Assembly: GCA_041391245.1 (NCBI GenBank)
Contig: JAWKOJ010000013.1
Location: forward strand, 39,231 to 103,230
Direction: 5' to 3'
DNA length: 64,000 nucleotides
Source of the DNA: Caldilineales bacterium
GTDB lineage: Bacteria; Chloroflexota; Anaerolineae; JAAEKA01
The notes below the pieces were generated by a model. That model was given only the letters and a program-made list of their open reading frames with translations. It made no database searches and was not told the origin of the DNA. Shown here piece by piece: positions 25,443-36,248 of the stretch; within the stretch, counting starts at the first letter, position 1, and the number at the start of each line of letters is the position of its first letter. The position numbers and the translations under genes were made by a program.

Positions 25443-26522
25443 ATGCACAAACCACCAATCGACCTGCGTCGGCTGTTGCCCCTTGTGCTGCTCACCCTGA
25501 CCCTTCTCACGCCTTCTCTGGCCAGCGCTGCCAACTCTGCGCAGCCTGCCGACCCCGAGCAGCCCATCATATCTGAACAACCCGCCGATATTCCGCGCGC
25601 CAACGAAGCGGCGCCCTTTGGCTATGTCTATGTCGTGCAGCCTGGCGACGACCTCTGGCAGATCGCGACAGCCCATGGCCTGGACATGGAAGCCCTGGCT
25701 GCAGAGAACAACCTGGAAGCACCCTACTGGCTCCAGCCGGGCGACAAGCTTTGGGTGCCCGCCAAACCCGCCCCGGTGCGTCCTCCTGTGCCGGCAGCCG
25801 CACAGCCAGCGGCAGCGGCGGCATCGTATGTAGTCCAGAGCGGCGATGACGTTTGGCAGATCGCCGTTGCCCACGGCCTGAGCGAGGAAGAGCTGGCAGC
25901 GGCCAACAACCTCCAACCACCCTACTGGATCCATCCCGGCGACAGGCTGGTAATTCCTGGCCTGCCGGCCCAAGAGCCTCAGCCCGCCCCAACGCCGTCA
26001 GAGGCCCAGCCCGTTGCAGTCGCGCCCGAGCAACAGGAGGCCGCGCCTGAGCAACAGGAAGCTGCGCCAGAACAGCAGGAAGCCGCTGCGGCAGCCAACG
26101 AGCTATCCACCCAGAGCACAGCCAACGACGGCATCTCCCCCGACGCCGCACTGATCCTCAACAACATGAACGAGCGGCGCGCTGCCTTCGGACTGGCGCC
26201 GCTGAGCTGGTCCGGCCAACTGGCCGCGGCTGCCCAGGCCCATGCGGATGACCTGGCGCGGCGCGGCTGGGGCGGACATGTCGGCTCTGATGGCGCGCAT
26301 CTGCGCACCCGCCTGGGCCGCGTCGATTACTGGGCGGTCTATGCCAGCGAGAACTGGGCCAACGCCAGCGGCCCTCAGCACGCCTTCGAGATGTGGTGGT
26401 ACGAGCCCGACTGGGGTCCCCACCGGCTCAACATTCTCGGCCCCAACTACACCGAGATCGGCATCGGCATCACCCAAGGCGGCTGGGGCTACTACTTTGT
26501 GGCTGACTTCGGCAGCCGGTAG
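25443..26522 (+). CDS. Secreted protein with two LysM domains and a CAP/SCP (PR-1-like) domain
   Basis: YVVQPGDDLWQIATAHGL, YVVQSGDDVWQIAVAHGL, three 21-nt repeats (EQQEAAP), C-terminal NERRAAFGLAPLSWSGQLAAAAQAHADDL...HRLNILGPNYTEIGIGI. Confidence 0.8.
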   Translation: MHKPPIDLRRLLPLVLLTLTLLTPSLASAANSAQPADPEQPIISEQPADIPRANEAAPFGYVYVVQPGDDLWQIATAHGLDMEALAAENNLEAPYWLQPGDKLWVPAKPAPVRPPVPAAAQPAAAAASYVVQSGDDVWQIAVAHGLSEEELAAANNLQPPYWIHPGDRLVIPGLPAQEPQPAPTPSEAQPVAVAPEQQEAAPEQQEAAPEQQEAAAAANELSTQSTANDGISPDAALILNNMNERRAAFGLAPLSWSGQLAAAAQAHADDLARRGWGGHVGSDGAHLRTRLGRVDYWAVYASENWANASGPQHAFEMWWYEPDWGPHRLNILGPNYTEIGIGITQGGWGYYFVADFGSR

Positions 26523-26552
26523 ATCACCCGCGTGACAAAGCGCCTATCAACA

Positions 26553-26583
26553 ATGCGCAGGCTGCAATGGCCTGCGCATTTTG
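26553..26583. terminator. Hairpin terminator between convergent genes
   Basis: aatgcgcagg-loop-cctgcgcatt followed by TTT. Confidence 0.65.
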
Positions 26584-26628
26584 ATTCCAAGCGATTTGAG
26601 CCAGGTGGTGGCCTCCGACGGTCACAAG

Positions 26629-27453
26629 TCACAGGTCGCGCCTGTGAAACACGATTACCGCCAGCGCCAGCACGACCACGATGAAGAGCAGGGAATAGAC
26701 CACCATCGCCGGGCTGGGGGAGCTCAACGTCACAAAGGGGCAGACGTTCAACTGCCGCAGGTAGGATGGCTGACTGAGGTAGGATGCCCGCCGCCAGATC
26801 GCTTCGCTGGGGAGCACGAAACTGATGAGGATGCCGATGTTGGTTGCCGCCTGGTTGCCGGCGAACGCGGCGATCTGCTCGATCCAGCCGCCGATGAACA
26901 CCAGCCCATAGAGCATGAAGACGAAGATGCCGTTGGCCAGCGTGTTGAGGAAGGTCCCGCCCAGGATCGATACTGTCAGGACCAGAAGCTGCGCCAGGAC
27001 CATCAACGCAATGCCTTCCGGCAGGTTGTCCGGCAGGTAGCGCGAGATGATCCACGCCACCAGCACCAGGCTGGCAGACACCAGCGTCATGATGATGCTC
27101 AGCAGCGCTGCCAGCCCCAGCCATTTGCCCAGCACCACATGCCAGCGACGCAGCGGCTTGGTCACCAGCGTCTGGATGGCGCCCGAAGCGATGTCGCCCG
27201 CGATCACGTCCACCGACATCACCACGGCCAAAACGACGCCCAGGAAGTTGGCGGCGTACAGGCCCATCAGCAACAGGATGTTGGATGCTTCCAGCCGCTC
27301 GCCGACGATGGAGAAGCGGCTCTCGCTGTGGATCAGGTAGTAGCCGGCAGCGAACAGCGCCACGAAGGCGATGCCCATGACCAGCACCAGTTGCAGCAGC
27401 CGGCGGCGGCGTGCTTCCAGAAACGTCAGGCGGGCAACAGTGAAGACGCTCAA
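26629..27453 (-). CDS. ABC-2 type transporter permease
   Basis: 274 aa, six hydrophobic segments, 4-nt overlap with the ATPase gene. Confidence 0.8.
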   Translation of the reverse strand: MSVFTVARLTFLEARRRRLLQLVLVMGIAFVALFAAGYYLIHSESRFSIVGERLEASNILLLMGLYAANFLGVVLAVVMSVDVIAGDIASGAIQTLVTKPLRRWHVVLGKWLGLAALLSIIMTLVSASLVLVAWIISRYLPDNLPEGIALMVLAQLLVLTVSILGGTFLNTLANGIFVFMLYGLVFIGGWIEQIAAFAGNQAATNIGILISFVLPSEAIWRRASYLSQPSYLRQLNVCPFVTLSSPSPAMVVYSLLFIVVVLALAVIVFHRRDL

Positions 27454-28358
27454 CCGCTATCCCCCTCGACCAGGCGCACGAACAGATCCTCCAGCGACAG
27501 CCGCCGGGGCGTCAGGGCATACAGGTGCGCGCCGCCGTTGACCAGCAGCGCAGCCATGGCCGGCAAGACGCTGTCATCTGCGATCTGCACCGTCAGGCGA
27601 TCGCGGTCCTCGGCAACGATCCGGCCAAACGCGGCCAGTCCGGCGCGCAGGTTATCCGTGACGCCGCTGGCGCGCACGTCCACCTCCAGTTGCATCCCGG
27701 TCAGCTCCTCGATGGTGCCCAGGCCAGCAACGCGGCCGCGGCGCATGATGGCAACCCGGTCGCAGGTCGACTCAACCTCGCTCAGCAGGTGCGAGTTGAG
27801 GAATACGGTCACCCCGTCGCGCCGCAGCTCGCGGATCAGGTCACGCACCTGGCGGCGGCCCAGCGGGTCCAGGCCGGAGGTCGGTTCGTCCAGAAACACG
27901 ACCGCCGGCCGGCTGAGCAGCGCCTGGGCCAGACCGATGCGCTGCGTCATCCCCTTGGAGAACTCGGACAGCCGTGAGCCTTCCCGTCCACCCAGGCCGA
28001 CCCGCTCCAGCAAGACCGGGATGCGCTGGCGCCGCTCCGCATCGGGTATGCCATACAGCCGCCCGTGGAAGTCCAGGAAATCTTTGGCAGTCAGCCACGG
28101 GTGATAGTGAAAGTGTTCCGGCAGAAACCCAACCTGCGCCATGGCCTGCGGCTCGCCCGGCTTGCCCCCAAGCAGGCTGGCCGACCCGCTGGTCGCATGC
28201 ACCAGCCCAAGCAGCATCTTGACCGTGGTCGTCTTGCCCGCGCCGTTGGGTCCCAGAAAGCCGAAAACCTCACCCTGCTCCACGGAGAGGGTGAGGCTGT
28301 CCACTGCGACCACATCGCGGTAGACTTTTCGCAGGTTCTCGGTTTCGATTACAGGCAT
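27450..28358 (-). CDS. ABC transporter ATP-binding protein
   Basis: Start moved to MPVIETENLRKVY; GPNGAGKTT, LSEFSKGMTQR, VVFLDEPTSGLD. Confidence 0.9.
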   Translation of the reverse strand: MPVIETENLRKVYRDVVAVDSLTLSVEQGEVFGFLGPNGAGKTTTVKMLLGLVHATSGSASLLGGKPGEPQAMAQVGFLPEHFHYHPWLTAKDFLDFHGRLYGIPDAERRQRIPVLLERVGLGGREGSRLSEFSKGMTQRIGLAQALLSRPAVVFLDEPTSGLDPLGRRQVRDLIRELRRDGVTVFLNSHLLSEVESTCDRVAIMRRGRVAGLGTIEELTGMQLEVDVRASGVTDNLRAGLAAFGRIVAEDRDRLTVQIADDSVLPAMAALLVNGGAHLYALTPRRLSLEDLFVRLVEGDSG

Positions 28359-28404
28359 GTGACCATGGACGAGCCGGTGTCTTTGGTGAATGGTTGCCGG
28401 CGCG

Positions 28405-28758
28405 TCATTTCGCTGCCGGCGCCTCGACACTGTTGATCAGCACCGTACCGTGATCGACCTTTACCTCATCTCCGGCGTTGAGCAAGCCGTACGACTGACC
28501 GTTCACGACCAACTCTTCGTCGCGGATTAGCACATCGGCATCCCGGCACGGGGTGAAACGATACGAAACAGAACCGGTGTCTCCGACCTGTTGCGGCTGT
28601 GGAACCTCCGTCCGGTAACAGTCGGTGACGATTACCGTGTGGCTGCCGACCGCGGCCTGGACCTCACCGAACAGGAGGTTGTTCGACCTGCTGCACGACG
28701 CCAGGAACACCAAACATCCAACCGCGGCAACTACTGTGATTCTGCGCATCTCAATCAA
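28405..28758 (-). CDS. Small lipoprotein, unknown function
   Basis: 117 aa; signal peptide with lipobox LASC. Confidence 0.6.
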   Translation of the reverse strand: MIEMRRITVVAAVGCLVFLASCSRSNNLLFGEVQAAVGSHTVIVTDCYRTEVPQPQQVGDTGSVSYRFTPCRDADVLIRDEELVVNGQSYGLLNAGDEVKVDHGTVLINSVEAPAAK

Positions 28759-28778
28759 CTCCTTGTGAACGCGGTTCT

Positions 28779-29975
28779 CTACCGCAGCGAGTCGGCCGTC
28801 TGGAGCATTGCCGAATCGGCAACGTTCCAGGCCATCAGACCGTAGACGACGCCATCGCGCTGCCAGAGCAGCGCACGCTCGCGGCCGCGCCTGCTGGGTG
28901 AAGCAGCCTCGAACAGCAGCGCCGGCACACCATCGGCGGTGACCTCGCTGTAGCTGCCCATGTCGCCGGTCATCGGGATCACCACGGTCGACGTCCAGTC
29001 GATGGTCTGGGCGAGGCGGGCCGCGTCCTCAGCCGGCAGACCCACCGCCCGCAGATAGATCTCGCCCATCGTGGCCGGGTCGATGCCCGGCGGCAGGTCG
29101 ATCTCAGGACTGGGCGCCTGCATCAGCGTCATCCCTGCGTCGCGCGCGCCGTACGGATTGTCCACTGTGTACTCGGCTGCCACCACGGCCGCGGCGTCGA
29201 CCTCGATAGCCGCGGTGTCGAACTCCGGCAGGTTCACATCGGCGACCCCGGCCATGTCCAGCGCCATTTGCACGGTGGGCCGATCCACCTCCAGACGAAT
29301 GTGCGGCCCCTGGGTAACGGCGAGCTTCTCAAGAGCCGTCCCCTCCGGCATTTTGGCCGGCAGCCGGACAGCATAGCCTGCCAGGGCGGCGGCTGCGTTC
29401 TGATCCGCCGCCACCTGCTCTTCACCGAAATCGCGGATCACCTCCGGCTCTCCCAGAATCCCGGACTGCAGGACATCCTCGAAACTGCGCATGCGGGCCA
29501 GGTCTTCGATGTTGACCACGGTGAACTGCTGCACCCTGAACAGGCCGAGAAACTGCGCCATCGCCTCGCGAGCCGGGGCAAAGCTCATCGTGCCGACCAG
29601 CAGCAGGAGCACCAGCGCGCCTATCGCCGCTGCCCGAAGCGCCACCGGCGTACCCCGCATCAGACCGTTCCTTCGTATCTCGCCACTCATGTTTTTGTAC
29701 CTCCTCAACCAGGCCGACCACGGCGCTTGTTTCGCCACAGGCAGGCCGGCGCGCAGCCGGGCCAGCGCGGCCGGAGCCGCAGGAACGGCTGCTGTGACAG
29801 GTTCCAGTCCGGCCAGCAGCGAGGCCGTCTGACCGGCGTACTCTTGCAACGCTTCCACCTCCCGGCGGCACGCCTCGCAGCCTGCAAGGTGCTTCGCGAC
29901 GTCGGCCCGCTCGTCGGTGCTCAGCGCGCCGTCGAGGTAGGCCTGCAACGTTCCGCTATCACGTGTCATCGTCAT
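28779..29975 (-). CDS. Anti-sigma factor (zf-HC2) with a large extracytoplasmic domain
   Basis: LQAYLDGALSTDERADVAKHLAGCEACRREVEAL, one TM segment; overlaps the sigma gene. Confidence 0.8.
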   Translation of the reverse strand: MTMTRDSGTLQAYLDGALSTDERADVAKHLAGCEACRREVEALQEYAGQTASLLAGLEPVTAAVPAAPAALARLRAGLPVAKQAPWSAWLRRYKNMSGEIRRNGLMRGTPVALRAAAIGALVLLLLVGTMSFAPAREAMAQFLGLFRVQQFTVVNIEDLARMRSFEDVLQSGILGEPEVIRDFGEEQVAADQNAAAALAGYAVRLPAKMPEGTALEKLAVTQGPHIRLEVDRPTVQMALDMAGVADVNLPEFDTAAIEVDAAAVVAAEYTVDNPYGARDAGMTLMQAPSPEIDLPPGIDPATMGEIYLRAVGLPAEDAARLAQTIDWTSTVVIPMTGDMGSYSEVTADGVPALLFEAASPSRRGRERALLWQRDGVVYGLMAWNVADSAMLQTADSLR

Positions 29976-30576
29976 CACCTCCTGTTGGTCCGGCGGCTGC
30001 ATCCTGATAGGCGGCGGCAAAGGCAGCGTGTGCCCGGGCCCGCACCGTTCCTATCGACCCGGGAGCAACATCCAGCACGCTGGCCAGCTCGTTGTAGCTC
30101 AGGCCGGCATGTCTCAGGAGCAGCAGACTTGCCTGCCGCTCGGGCAGCCGCTGCAACACCAGCCGCACACGCTCTTGCTCATCCCGGCGCACCACGGCGT
30201 CTGCCGGATCGACGGCGACGGGTTGATGGCCGTAGACCACCTCCTCACGCCGGTCCCGGCGGCGGTTGCCGCGGATGGCGTTGAAGGCCAGGTTGGTCAC
30301 CACCTTGAGCAGCCAGGCGCGCTCGCTGTGGTCGCGGTCGGGACTGAAGGTCTGGCCGTGTAGACGCACAAACGCCTCCTGCGCCAGATCCTCGGCCTCC
30401 TGCGCGTTGCCGGTCACCCGATACGCCTGGCGGAAGACGCTCTCGTAGTGCGCCAGGAACAGGGCATCGAACGCGCCTTCGGTGCGCCTGGCATGGTCGC
30501 GGGCCGTGTGGGCGCCCGATTGCCGTGGCAGTTGATCTGTCATCATGTGAGACTGTCGCTCCGCATCGGTTCTCAC
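29959..30576 (-). CDS. ECF-type RNA polymerase sigma-70 factor
   Basis: 205 aa; region 2 (YRVTGNAQEAEDLAQEAFVRL) and region 4 (LSYNELASVLDVAPGSIGT). Exact start uncertain. Confidence 0.85.
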   Translation of the reverse strand: MRTDAERQSHMMTDQLPRQSGAHTARDHARRTEGAFDALFLAHYESVFRQAYRVTGNAQEAEDLAQEAFVRLHGQTFSPDRDHSERAWLLKVVTNLAFNAIRGNRRRDRREEVVYGHQPVAVDPADAVVRRDEQERVRLVLQRLPERQASLLLLRHAGLSYNELASVLDVAPGSIGTVRARAHAAFAAAYQDAAAGPTGGDDDDT

Positions 30577-30755
30577 CTTTACAACACCGCAGAGCGCGAA
30601 CTTGTGACAGCGTTGGGTGTGCTGCCGGTGGCCAGGAAGAACTGGGCGCCGGATCAGGGGCCGGCCGTCACGAGGATTATACAGCGGTGGCTATAATGGC
30701 GGCAACCAACTACATCGCGCCGGCTGCCGGGGCCGGCCACGCACAGGAGACCACC

Positions 30756-31244
30756 ATGACCCAGCAAGCGCAGCTTCAGACCCTGTTTGCCTACAACTGG
30801 CACACAACGCGACGACTTATGGAATGCGCCGCCCAACTGAGCGATGACGCCTACCATACCAACCCCGGTTACGGCCACGGATCGATCCACGACCTGTTCT
30901 TTCACCTGCTGCGCGCCATCCGTAGCTGGCGTATCGCCCTGGAGACCGGCCGGCAGCAGGCTGGCATTCAACCAGACGACTACCCGACCCTGGCCGCCAT
31001 CAGCTCAGCCGTCGACGCCGAACAGGCCGACTGGGAAGCCTATCTGGGGGCGCTGGACGACGACCGGATCGCGGCGGACATCACACTGATCAACTGGCGC
31101 GGCGATCCGTGGACGCTGCCGCTCTGGCGCATCCTGCACCACCTGGTGTTGCACGGCATGCAGCACCACACCGAACTGGCGCAGTTGCTGACCGCGGCAG
31201 GCCAATCCCCAGGCGACATCGACTTTCTGTTCTACCGCGGGTAG
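30756..31244 (+). CDS. DinB-family protein
   Basis: Start at ATG 30756 with an AGGAGA RBS; HGSIHDLFFHLLRAIRSW, HHLVLHGMQHHTELAQLL. Confidence 0.75.
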   Translation: MTQQAQLQTLFAYNWHTTRRLMECAAQLSDDAYHTNPGYGHGSIHDLFFHLLRAIRSWRIALETGRQQAGIQPDDYPTLAAISSAVDAEQADWEAYLGALDDDRIAADITLINWRGDPWTLPLWRILHHLVLHGMQHHTELAQLLTAAGQSPGDIDFLFYRG

Positions 31245-31383
31245 GCGCACCCGCCATCACGAGCCAGTATCGGAACGACGATTTGGAGAATCGTCCTACG
31301 ATGGCAACACATCGTAGAGCAGTCTGGAAAACTGCCCCACCGCTCTCAAGCTGGCATACCCGTTACTTTAGCTTCGGCCGGTC

Positions 31384-31812
31384 TCAGACCGTGCCGGCCT
31401 GCCTTGACTGCGCGATCAGCACCTCCATGCCGGCCGCGACGGCCTGCAGGCCGCGCAGCGGGCGGATCATGACGCGCAGCTCGCTGATCTTGCCGGCTTC
31501 GTCGAGCTGGAAGATGTCCACCCCCTCGATCTCCAACCGTTTGTCGCCATCGGGCGAAGCAACTGTTGTGGCGAACTGCATCACCACCCCACCGTTGTCG
31601 TTAGCCCACCAGTTGGTGTAGGTCAGCGGGCCAAACACCTGCACCACCATCGACAGAATGCCGGCGATAGTGCTGCGTCCCCCATACGGTTTGTAGACGG
31701 CCGGTGAACGAAAGATCGCATCCTCTGCGAACATAGCTGCCATGGCGCGCAAGTCGTCCCGGGCGACGACATCTTCCCAGGCAGCCACGAACTCCTGCAT
31801 TTGTTGGTCCAT
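31384..31812 (-). CDS. NTF2/SnoaL-like protein
   Basis: 142 aa; about 140-aa alpha+beta pattern, FVAAWEDVVARDDLRAMAAMFAEDAIFRSPA. Confidence 0.6.
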   Translation of the reverse strand: MDQQMQEFVAAWEDVVARDDLRAMAAMFAEDAIFRSPAVYKPYGGRSTIAGILSMVVQVFGPLTYTNWWANDNGGVVMQFATTVASPDGDKRLEIEGVDIFQLDEAGKISELRVMIRPLRGLQAVAAGMEVLIAQSRQAGTV

Positions 31813-31995
31813 GAAGGCTTCTCCTTGATCGGGTGTTTGAGTCGAATGGTGCCACAGGTGCTCCGCTTCACCAAACCGTCAGGCCAGAAGCAGGCGATCC
31901 GCCGGGTTAATGGAAGCGCGCTTGCGGCCCGGCCCCCATTCCTGTAGTATCGTTCTTGGGTAGTGCGCATCAAAACAAAGTAAAAGGATCAAACC

Positions 31996-32955
31996 ATGAA
32001 ACTTCAACTCACCGGTATTCACCACCTGACAGCCGTCACCGCTCAGGTACGGCGCAACCTGCAGTTCTACACCGACACGCTGGGCATGCGGCTTGTCAAA
32101 CGCTCCGTCAACCAGGACGACGTCAGCGCGTATCACCTGTTCTACGCCGACGGGCTGGCCAGCCCTGGCAGCGATCTGACCTTCTTCGATTGGCCGCATG
32201 TGCCGCAGGAAGGACGCGGCCGCCAGAGCATCACCAGAACAGGGTTGCGGGTTGACAGCCGCGCCAGCCTGGCATGGTGGGCCGACCGGCTGGACACCCA
32301 CGGCGTCGTGACGGCCGGGATCGGCGAACGCGATGGCCGGGCCGTGCTGGATTTCGAGGACTTTGAGGGCCAGCGCCTGACGCTGGTCGCCGAGGCGCCG
32401 CGTGCCGAGACGCACCCCTGGGAGCGCAGCCCGGTGCCGGCCGAGCACCAAATCCGCGGCCTTGGCCCGGTCACCATGACAGTGGCGCGGCTGGAGCCCA
32501 CCGAGCGCGTGCTGACCCAGGTGATGGGCATGCGGAAGCTGCGCGTCTACCCAAACCCCGAGGCCCCTGAGTGTGCCATCCATGTCTTTGCGATGGGCGA
32601 GGGCGGCGCGACCGCCGAGCTGCACGTTGCCGAGCGGCCCGACCTGCCCTTCGTTCAGCCGGGGGCCGGCGGCGTACATCATGTGGCGTTTCGGGTGTCG
32701 ACCCGGGAAGAACACGTGGAATGGGAGCGCTTCCTGAGCTCGCGCGGCGTGCGCAACAGCGGCATCATCGACCGCTACTACTTCCGCAGCATCTACTTCC
32801 GCGAGCCGAACGGCGTGCTCTTCGAGTTGGCCACCGACGGTCCCGGCTTCGACGTGGACGAGCCGATGGCAACGCTCGGCGAACGGCTGGCTCTGCCCCC
32901 GTTCCTCGAACCGCACCGCACGGAGATCGAGGCGCAACTCAAGCCGCTGAACTGA
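31996..32955 (+). CDS. Ring-cleaving dioxygenase (two-module VOC, MhqO/YfiE-like)
   Basis: 319 aa; [66 protein letters not shown]. Confidence 0.8.
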   Translation: MKLQLTGIHHLTAVTAQVRRNLQFYTDTLGMRLVKRSVNQDDVSAYHLFYADGLASPGSDLTFFDWPHVPQEGRGRQSITRTGLRVDSRASLAWWADRLDTHGVVTAGIGERDGRAVLDFEDFEGQRLTLVAEAPRAETHPWERSPVPAEHQIRGLGPVTMTVARLEPTERVLTQVMGMRKLRVYPNPEAPECAIHVFAMGEGGATAELHVAERPDLPFVQPGAGGVHHVAFRVSTREEHVEWERFLSSRGVRNSGIIDRYYFRSIYFREPNGVLFELATDGPGFDVDEPMATLGERLALPPFLEPHRTEIEAQLKPLN

Positions 32956-33030
32956 TCAACTGCTGAGCATCAGCCCGCAAAGCGGAGGAGTCGCAAATTT
33001 CTTGGCTGCATCTGTACAAGGAGGTTCACG

Positions 33031-34566
33031 ATGCGTATTCTGGTTTCAGGAGGTGGATTGGCCGGATTGACGGCCGCCTATTGGCTGCATCGCCACGGCC
33101 ACGAACCGGTGGTGATCGAGCGGGCGCCCGATCTGCGGCGCGACGGCTACGGGCTGGACTTCTTCGGCAGCGGCTACGATGTGGCCGAGCGAATGGGAAT
33201 CATTGACGCCCTCGCACAGCGGCAGATCTTCCAGAACAAGGAGGGCGGCATTGCTTTTGTGGACCAGGACGGCAATGCGAAAGCCGAGCTAAAGATCGAT
33301 GCCGTTCGCCAGGTGCTGGGCGGCAAATACATGGGGTTGATGCACTACACCCTGGAAGAGGTGCTGTTCGATGCGGTGAAGGACAGCGTGGAGATACGGT
33401 TCGGCACCTCGATTGCGGCCGTCCATCAGTCCCCCGACGCCGTCACCGTCACATACGAAGGCGCCAGACGCGAGAACTTCGACCTGCTGGTCGGCGCCGA
33501 TGGCATCCACTCCAACGTGCGCAGCCTGGTGTTTGGCCCTGAAGAGACCTTCGGCGTGTACCTGGGACTGTACCTGGGGTGTTACTTCGTACCCGACCGC
33601 GATCAACTGCACGCACTGTGGGAAAACTACAACGAGCCGGGACGGCAGGCAGGCGCCTACTACACCGACCGGGACGGCCAGCTTGCCAGCCTTTTCCTGT
33701 GGCAGGCGGAAGACGAGGGCTATATTCCCCACGGACAGCGGGCCGCGAAGCTGCGGTCTGCTTTTGACGGCATGGGCTGGATCGTGCCACAGCTTCTGGA
33801 TGACATGCCCGCCAGCGGCGGCGACATCCTGGTGGACACAGTGACGCAGATTCGCATGGACACCTGGCGCAAGGGCCGGGTGGTGCTGGTGGGCGACGCG
33901 GCCGGCTGCATGACTTTGATCTCAGGACAAGGCGCTTCAATGGCGATGGCCGGTCCTTACGTGCTGGCCGAGGAACTGGGCCAGACAAGCGACTGGCAGC
34001 AGGCGCTGGCCAACTACGAGCACCGGGTCAAACCGCAGAACGACCTTCGCCAGCGCAAGGCGCACGACTTCGCCAAACAGTTCGTGCCCGGCAGCGAATT
34101 GGGCATCAAGGCGCAGACGGTGATCATGAAGCTGGTCACGTATCAGGCCTTTTCTGGCCTGCTCAAGGCCCAGTTCGTGGGGGACAGCTTCCTGCAGACG
34201 GCCGCGCTACACCGGCTGCCGGAAAGTCAGGGCAACGCCATCGGCTATCGCATTGCCGGCAAGCTGCACGAGACCGACTATCAGACGCTGGAAATGGGCC
34301 TGGATGAAGCGCTGCTTGCAAGCACTTCGGTGAACCTGCTGCTGCACATCGAAGAACTCCCCGGCATCGAGCGGGGAGCGCTATGGGAGGACTGGAGGTT
34401 CGGCCGGCGCTACCACGACAGCATCGATAGGCTTGCCGTCGTGGGCGACGGGCGCCTGAGCAAGTGGCTGGCCCGGCTTTCTGAACCGCTGTACGCCAAA
34501 GACGCCCGGCACTTTGCTCAAAGTGATATCGAGCAAGCGTGGGACTGGATGCACGAAGGCGCCTGA
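33031..34566 (+). CDS. FAD-dependent monooxygenase fused to a SpoIIAA/STAS-like (DUF3478) domain
   Basis: MRILVSGGGLAGLTAAYWL, LLVGADGIHSNVR, VVLVGDAAGCMTLISGQG; C-terminal about 120 aa IGYRIAGKLHETDYQTLE...IDRLAVVGDGRLSKWL. Confidence 0.75.
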   Translation: MRILVSGGGLAGLTAAYWLHRHGHEPVVIERAPDLRRDGYGLDFFGSGYDVAERMGIIDALAQRQIFQNKEGGIAFVDQDGNAKAELKIDAVRQVLGGKYMGLMHYTLEEVLFDAVKDSVEIRFGTSIAAVHQSPDAVTVTYEGARRENFDLLVGADGIHSNVRSLVFGPEETFGVYLGLYLGCYFVPDRDQLHALWENYNEPGRQAGAYYTDRDGQLASLFLWQAEDEGYIPHGQRAAKLRSAFDGMGWIVPQLLDDMPASGGDILVDTVTQIRMDTWRKGRVVLVGDAAGCMTLISGQGASMAMAGPYVLAEELGQTSDWQQALANYEHRVKPQNDLRQRKAHDFAKQFVPGSELGIKAQTVIMKLVTYQAFSGLLKAQFVGDSFLQTAALHRLPESQGNAIGYRIAGKLHETDYQTLEMGLDEALLASTSVNLLLHIEELPGIERGALWEDWRFGRRYHDSIDRLAVVGDGRLSKWLARLSEPLYAKDARHFAQSDIEQAWDWMHEGA

Positions 34567-34735
34567 CAGGGTATGTGGAAACTAGGCAGCAAGGCGGCCG
34601 GTACTTGACCCTACACCCCCAGCCTCAGCACACGAGTCGTCGCCCCGAGACTCCGGACATGCTTTGTCATCCGTGCGCGCCCATCGGCCATCAGCTGTGC
34701 GTGACAAAGCATGTCCGAGGTCTTTCCACGGTCTC

Positions 34736-35618
34736 CTAGAGTTCGGCCACGGCCGGGATGATCTCCCTGGCAAAGGTTTCCAGTGGCGTGATCTCGTAGA
34801 CATCCGGCATGTTGAAGATCGCGTGGGTGAACCCCATCGCTGAAAGATCCTGGATGTGCTTAATGACGCCGTCGACCGTGTCTTTGCCCGACAGGTGTAC
34901 AGTGCCGAGGGTGGTTTTCTCGACGGTGTCGTAGTCGCGGCCCAGCGCCTCGCAGTGGGCTTTGAGGGTATCGAGCGCCTCCTGCATGTTCTTCCTGCCG
35001 ACCCAATCGCCGATGTTGCAGGCATCGGCATACTGGGCCACCATGCGCAGTGTCTTCTTCGGACCGGTGCCGCCGATCATGATGCGCGGGTGCGGCTGCG
35101 AGAGTGGGCGCGGATTGTTGGTGATCGCCGGGGCCGAAAGATGCGTGCCCTCGAAGGAAGTCTCATGGCCGGCCCAGAGCGCCTTGGCCAGCCGCAGATT
35201 GTCCTCCAGCAGCTCGAAACGCTCGGCGGTTGACGGGTAGGAATCCCGTAGCCGAGTGCCTCGTCCTCGTACCATCCTGCGCCGATGCCAAGATAAGCGC
35301 GCCCGCCGGAGACAACGTCCAGGGTAGTAACCATCTTCATCAGCACCGATGGGTGACGATAGATAACGCCCGTCACCAGCGCGCGAGATAGGCCCGCTCC
35401 GTCAGCCCGGCAAGGTAGCCAAGCACCGTGTAGCTCTCCAGCATCGGGTCGGTGTAGGCTTCGCCGAACAGCCCCTTGATCTGATAGTAGTGGTCCATCA
35501 CCCAGAAGCTGTGAAAGCCACCGTCCTCAGCAGCGGTGACGATTTCCTTGAGCTTGGGCCGGATGGCGGCTGTGCCGCCGGGATACTTGAACGATGGAAT
35601 CTGTAGTCCGATGTGCAT
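34736..35618 (-). pseudogene. LLM-class (F420-dependent-like) oxidoreductase, two frame breaks
   Basis: MHIGLQIPSFKYPGG...FWVMDHYYQ (ORF 35373..35822), then [35 protein letters not shown] (35077..35376), then [17 protein letters not shown]...PAVAEL (34736..35275). Confidence 0.75.
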
Positions 35619-35620
35619 GG

Positions 35621-36020
35621 TTAGTCTCCTTGTCGATACTCTTGGTCGCTCACGTGCTCCATCCAGTCGACCGCTTTGCCGTCCAGGTATTCGTGAATCG
35701 CGATGTGGCTCATGGCCGTGGTGGCGCGGCGCCGTGCCAGTGCTTCTCGCCCGGTGCAAACCGAACCACATCACCGGGATGGACTTCCTCGATCGGACCG
35801 CCCCAGCGCTGCACCCGGCCACAGCCGGTGGTGATGATCAATGTCTGACCCAGCGGATGGGTATGCCAGGCGGTGCGCGCGCCTGTCTCGAAGGTTACGC
35901 TGACACCCGCCACGCGCCCGGTTCGGCGGGGTCAAACAGTGGGTCCATCCGCACCGTGCCGGTGAACCAGTCCACGGGACCCTTCGCGGAAGGTTGTGAA
36001 CCTATTCGTTTGATTTCCAT
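35621..36020 (-). pseudogene. Cupin-domain protein, two frame breaks
   Basis: [26 protein letters not shown] | [27 protein letters not shown]...GEKHWHGA | [21 protein letters not shown]; GGAGGA RBS. Confidence 0.65.
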
Positions 36021-36248
36021 GTTTCCTCCAATGTCGCTCATCAAAATGCCGGTGGCGTACGGGGCAAACAACCCGCTGAAGATCGTCTAGCTACAGGTTC
36101 AATTCTCCGTTGCTTCAATCTCGTCGCTGCGGCGCCAGCCTGATCGTCGCGGCCCGCACCTCCGATGTCACCATGGGAGCAACATACAGGGGCGACGTTG
36201 TTTTGTCAGGTAGGCGGCATCCATAGAGAGAGTTTTTGGTCGAAAACG

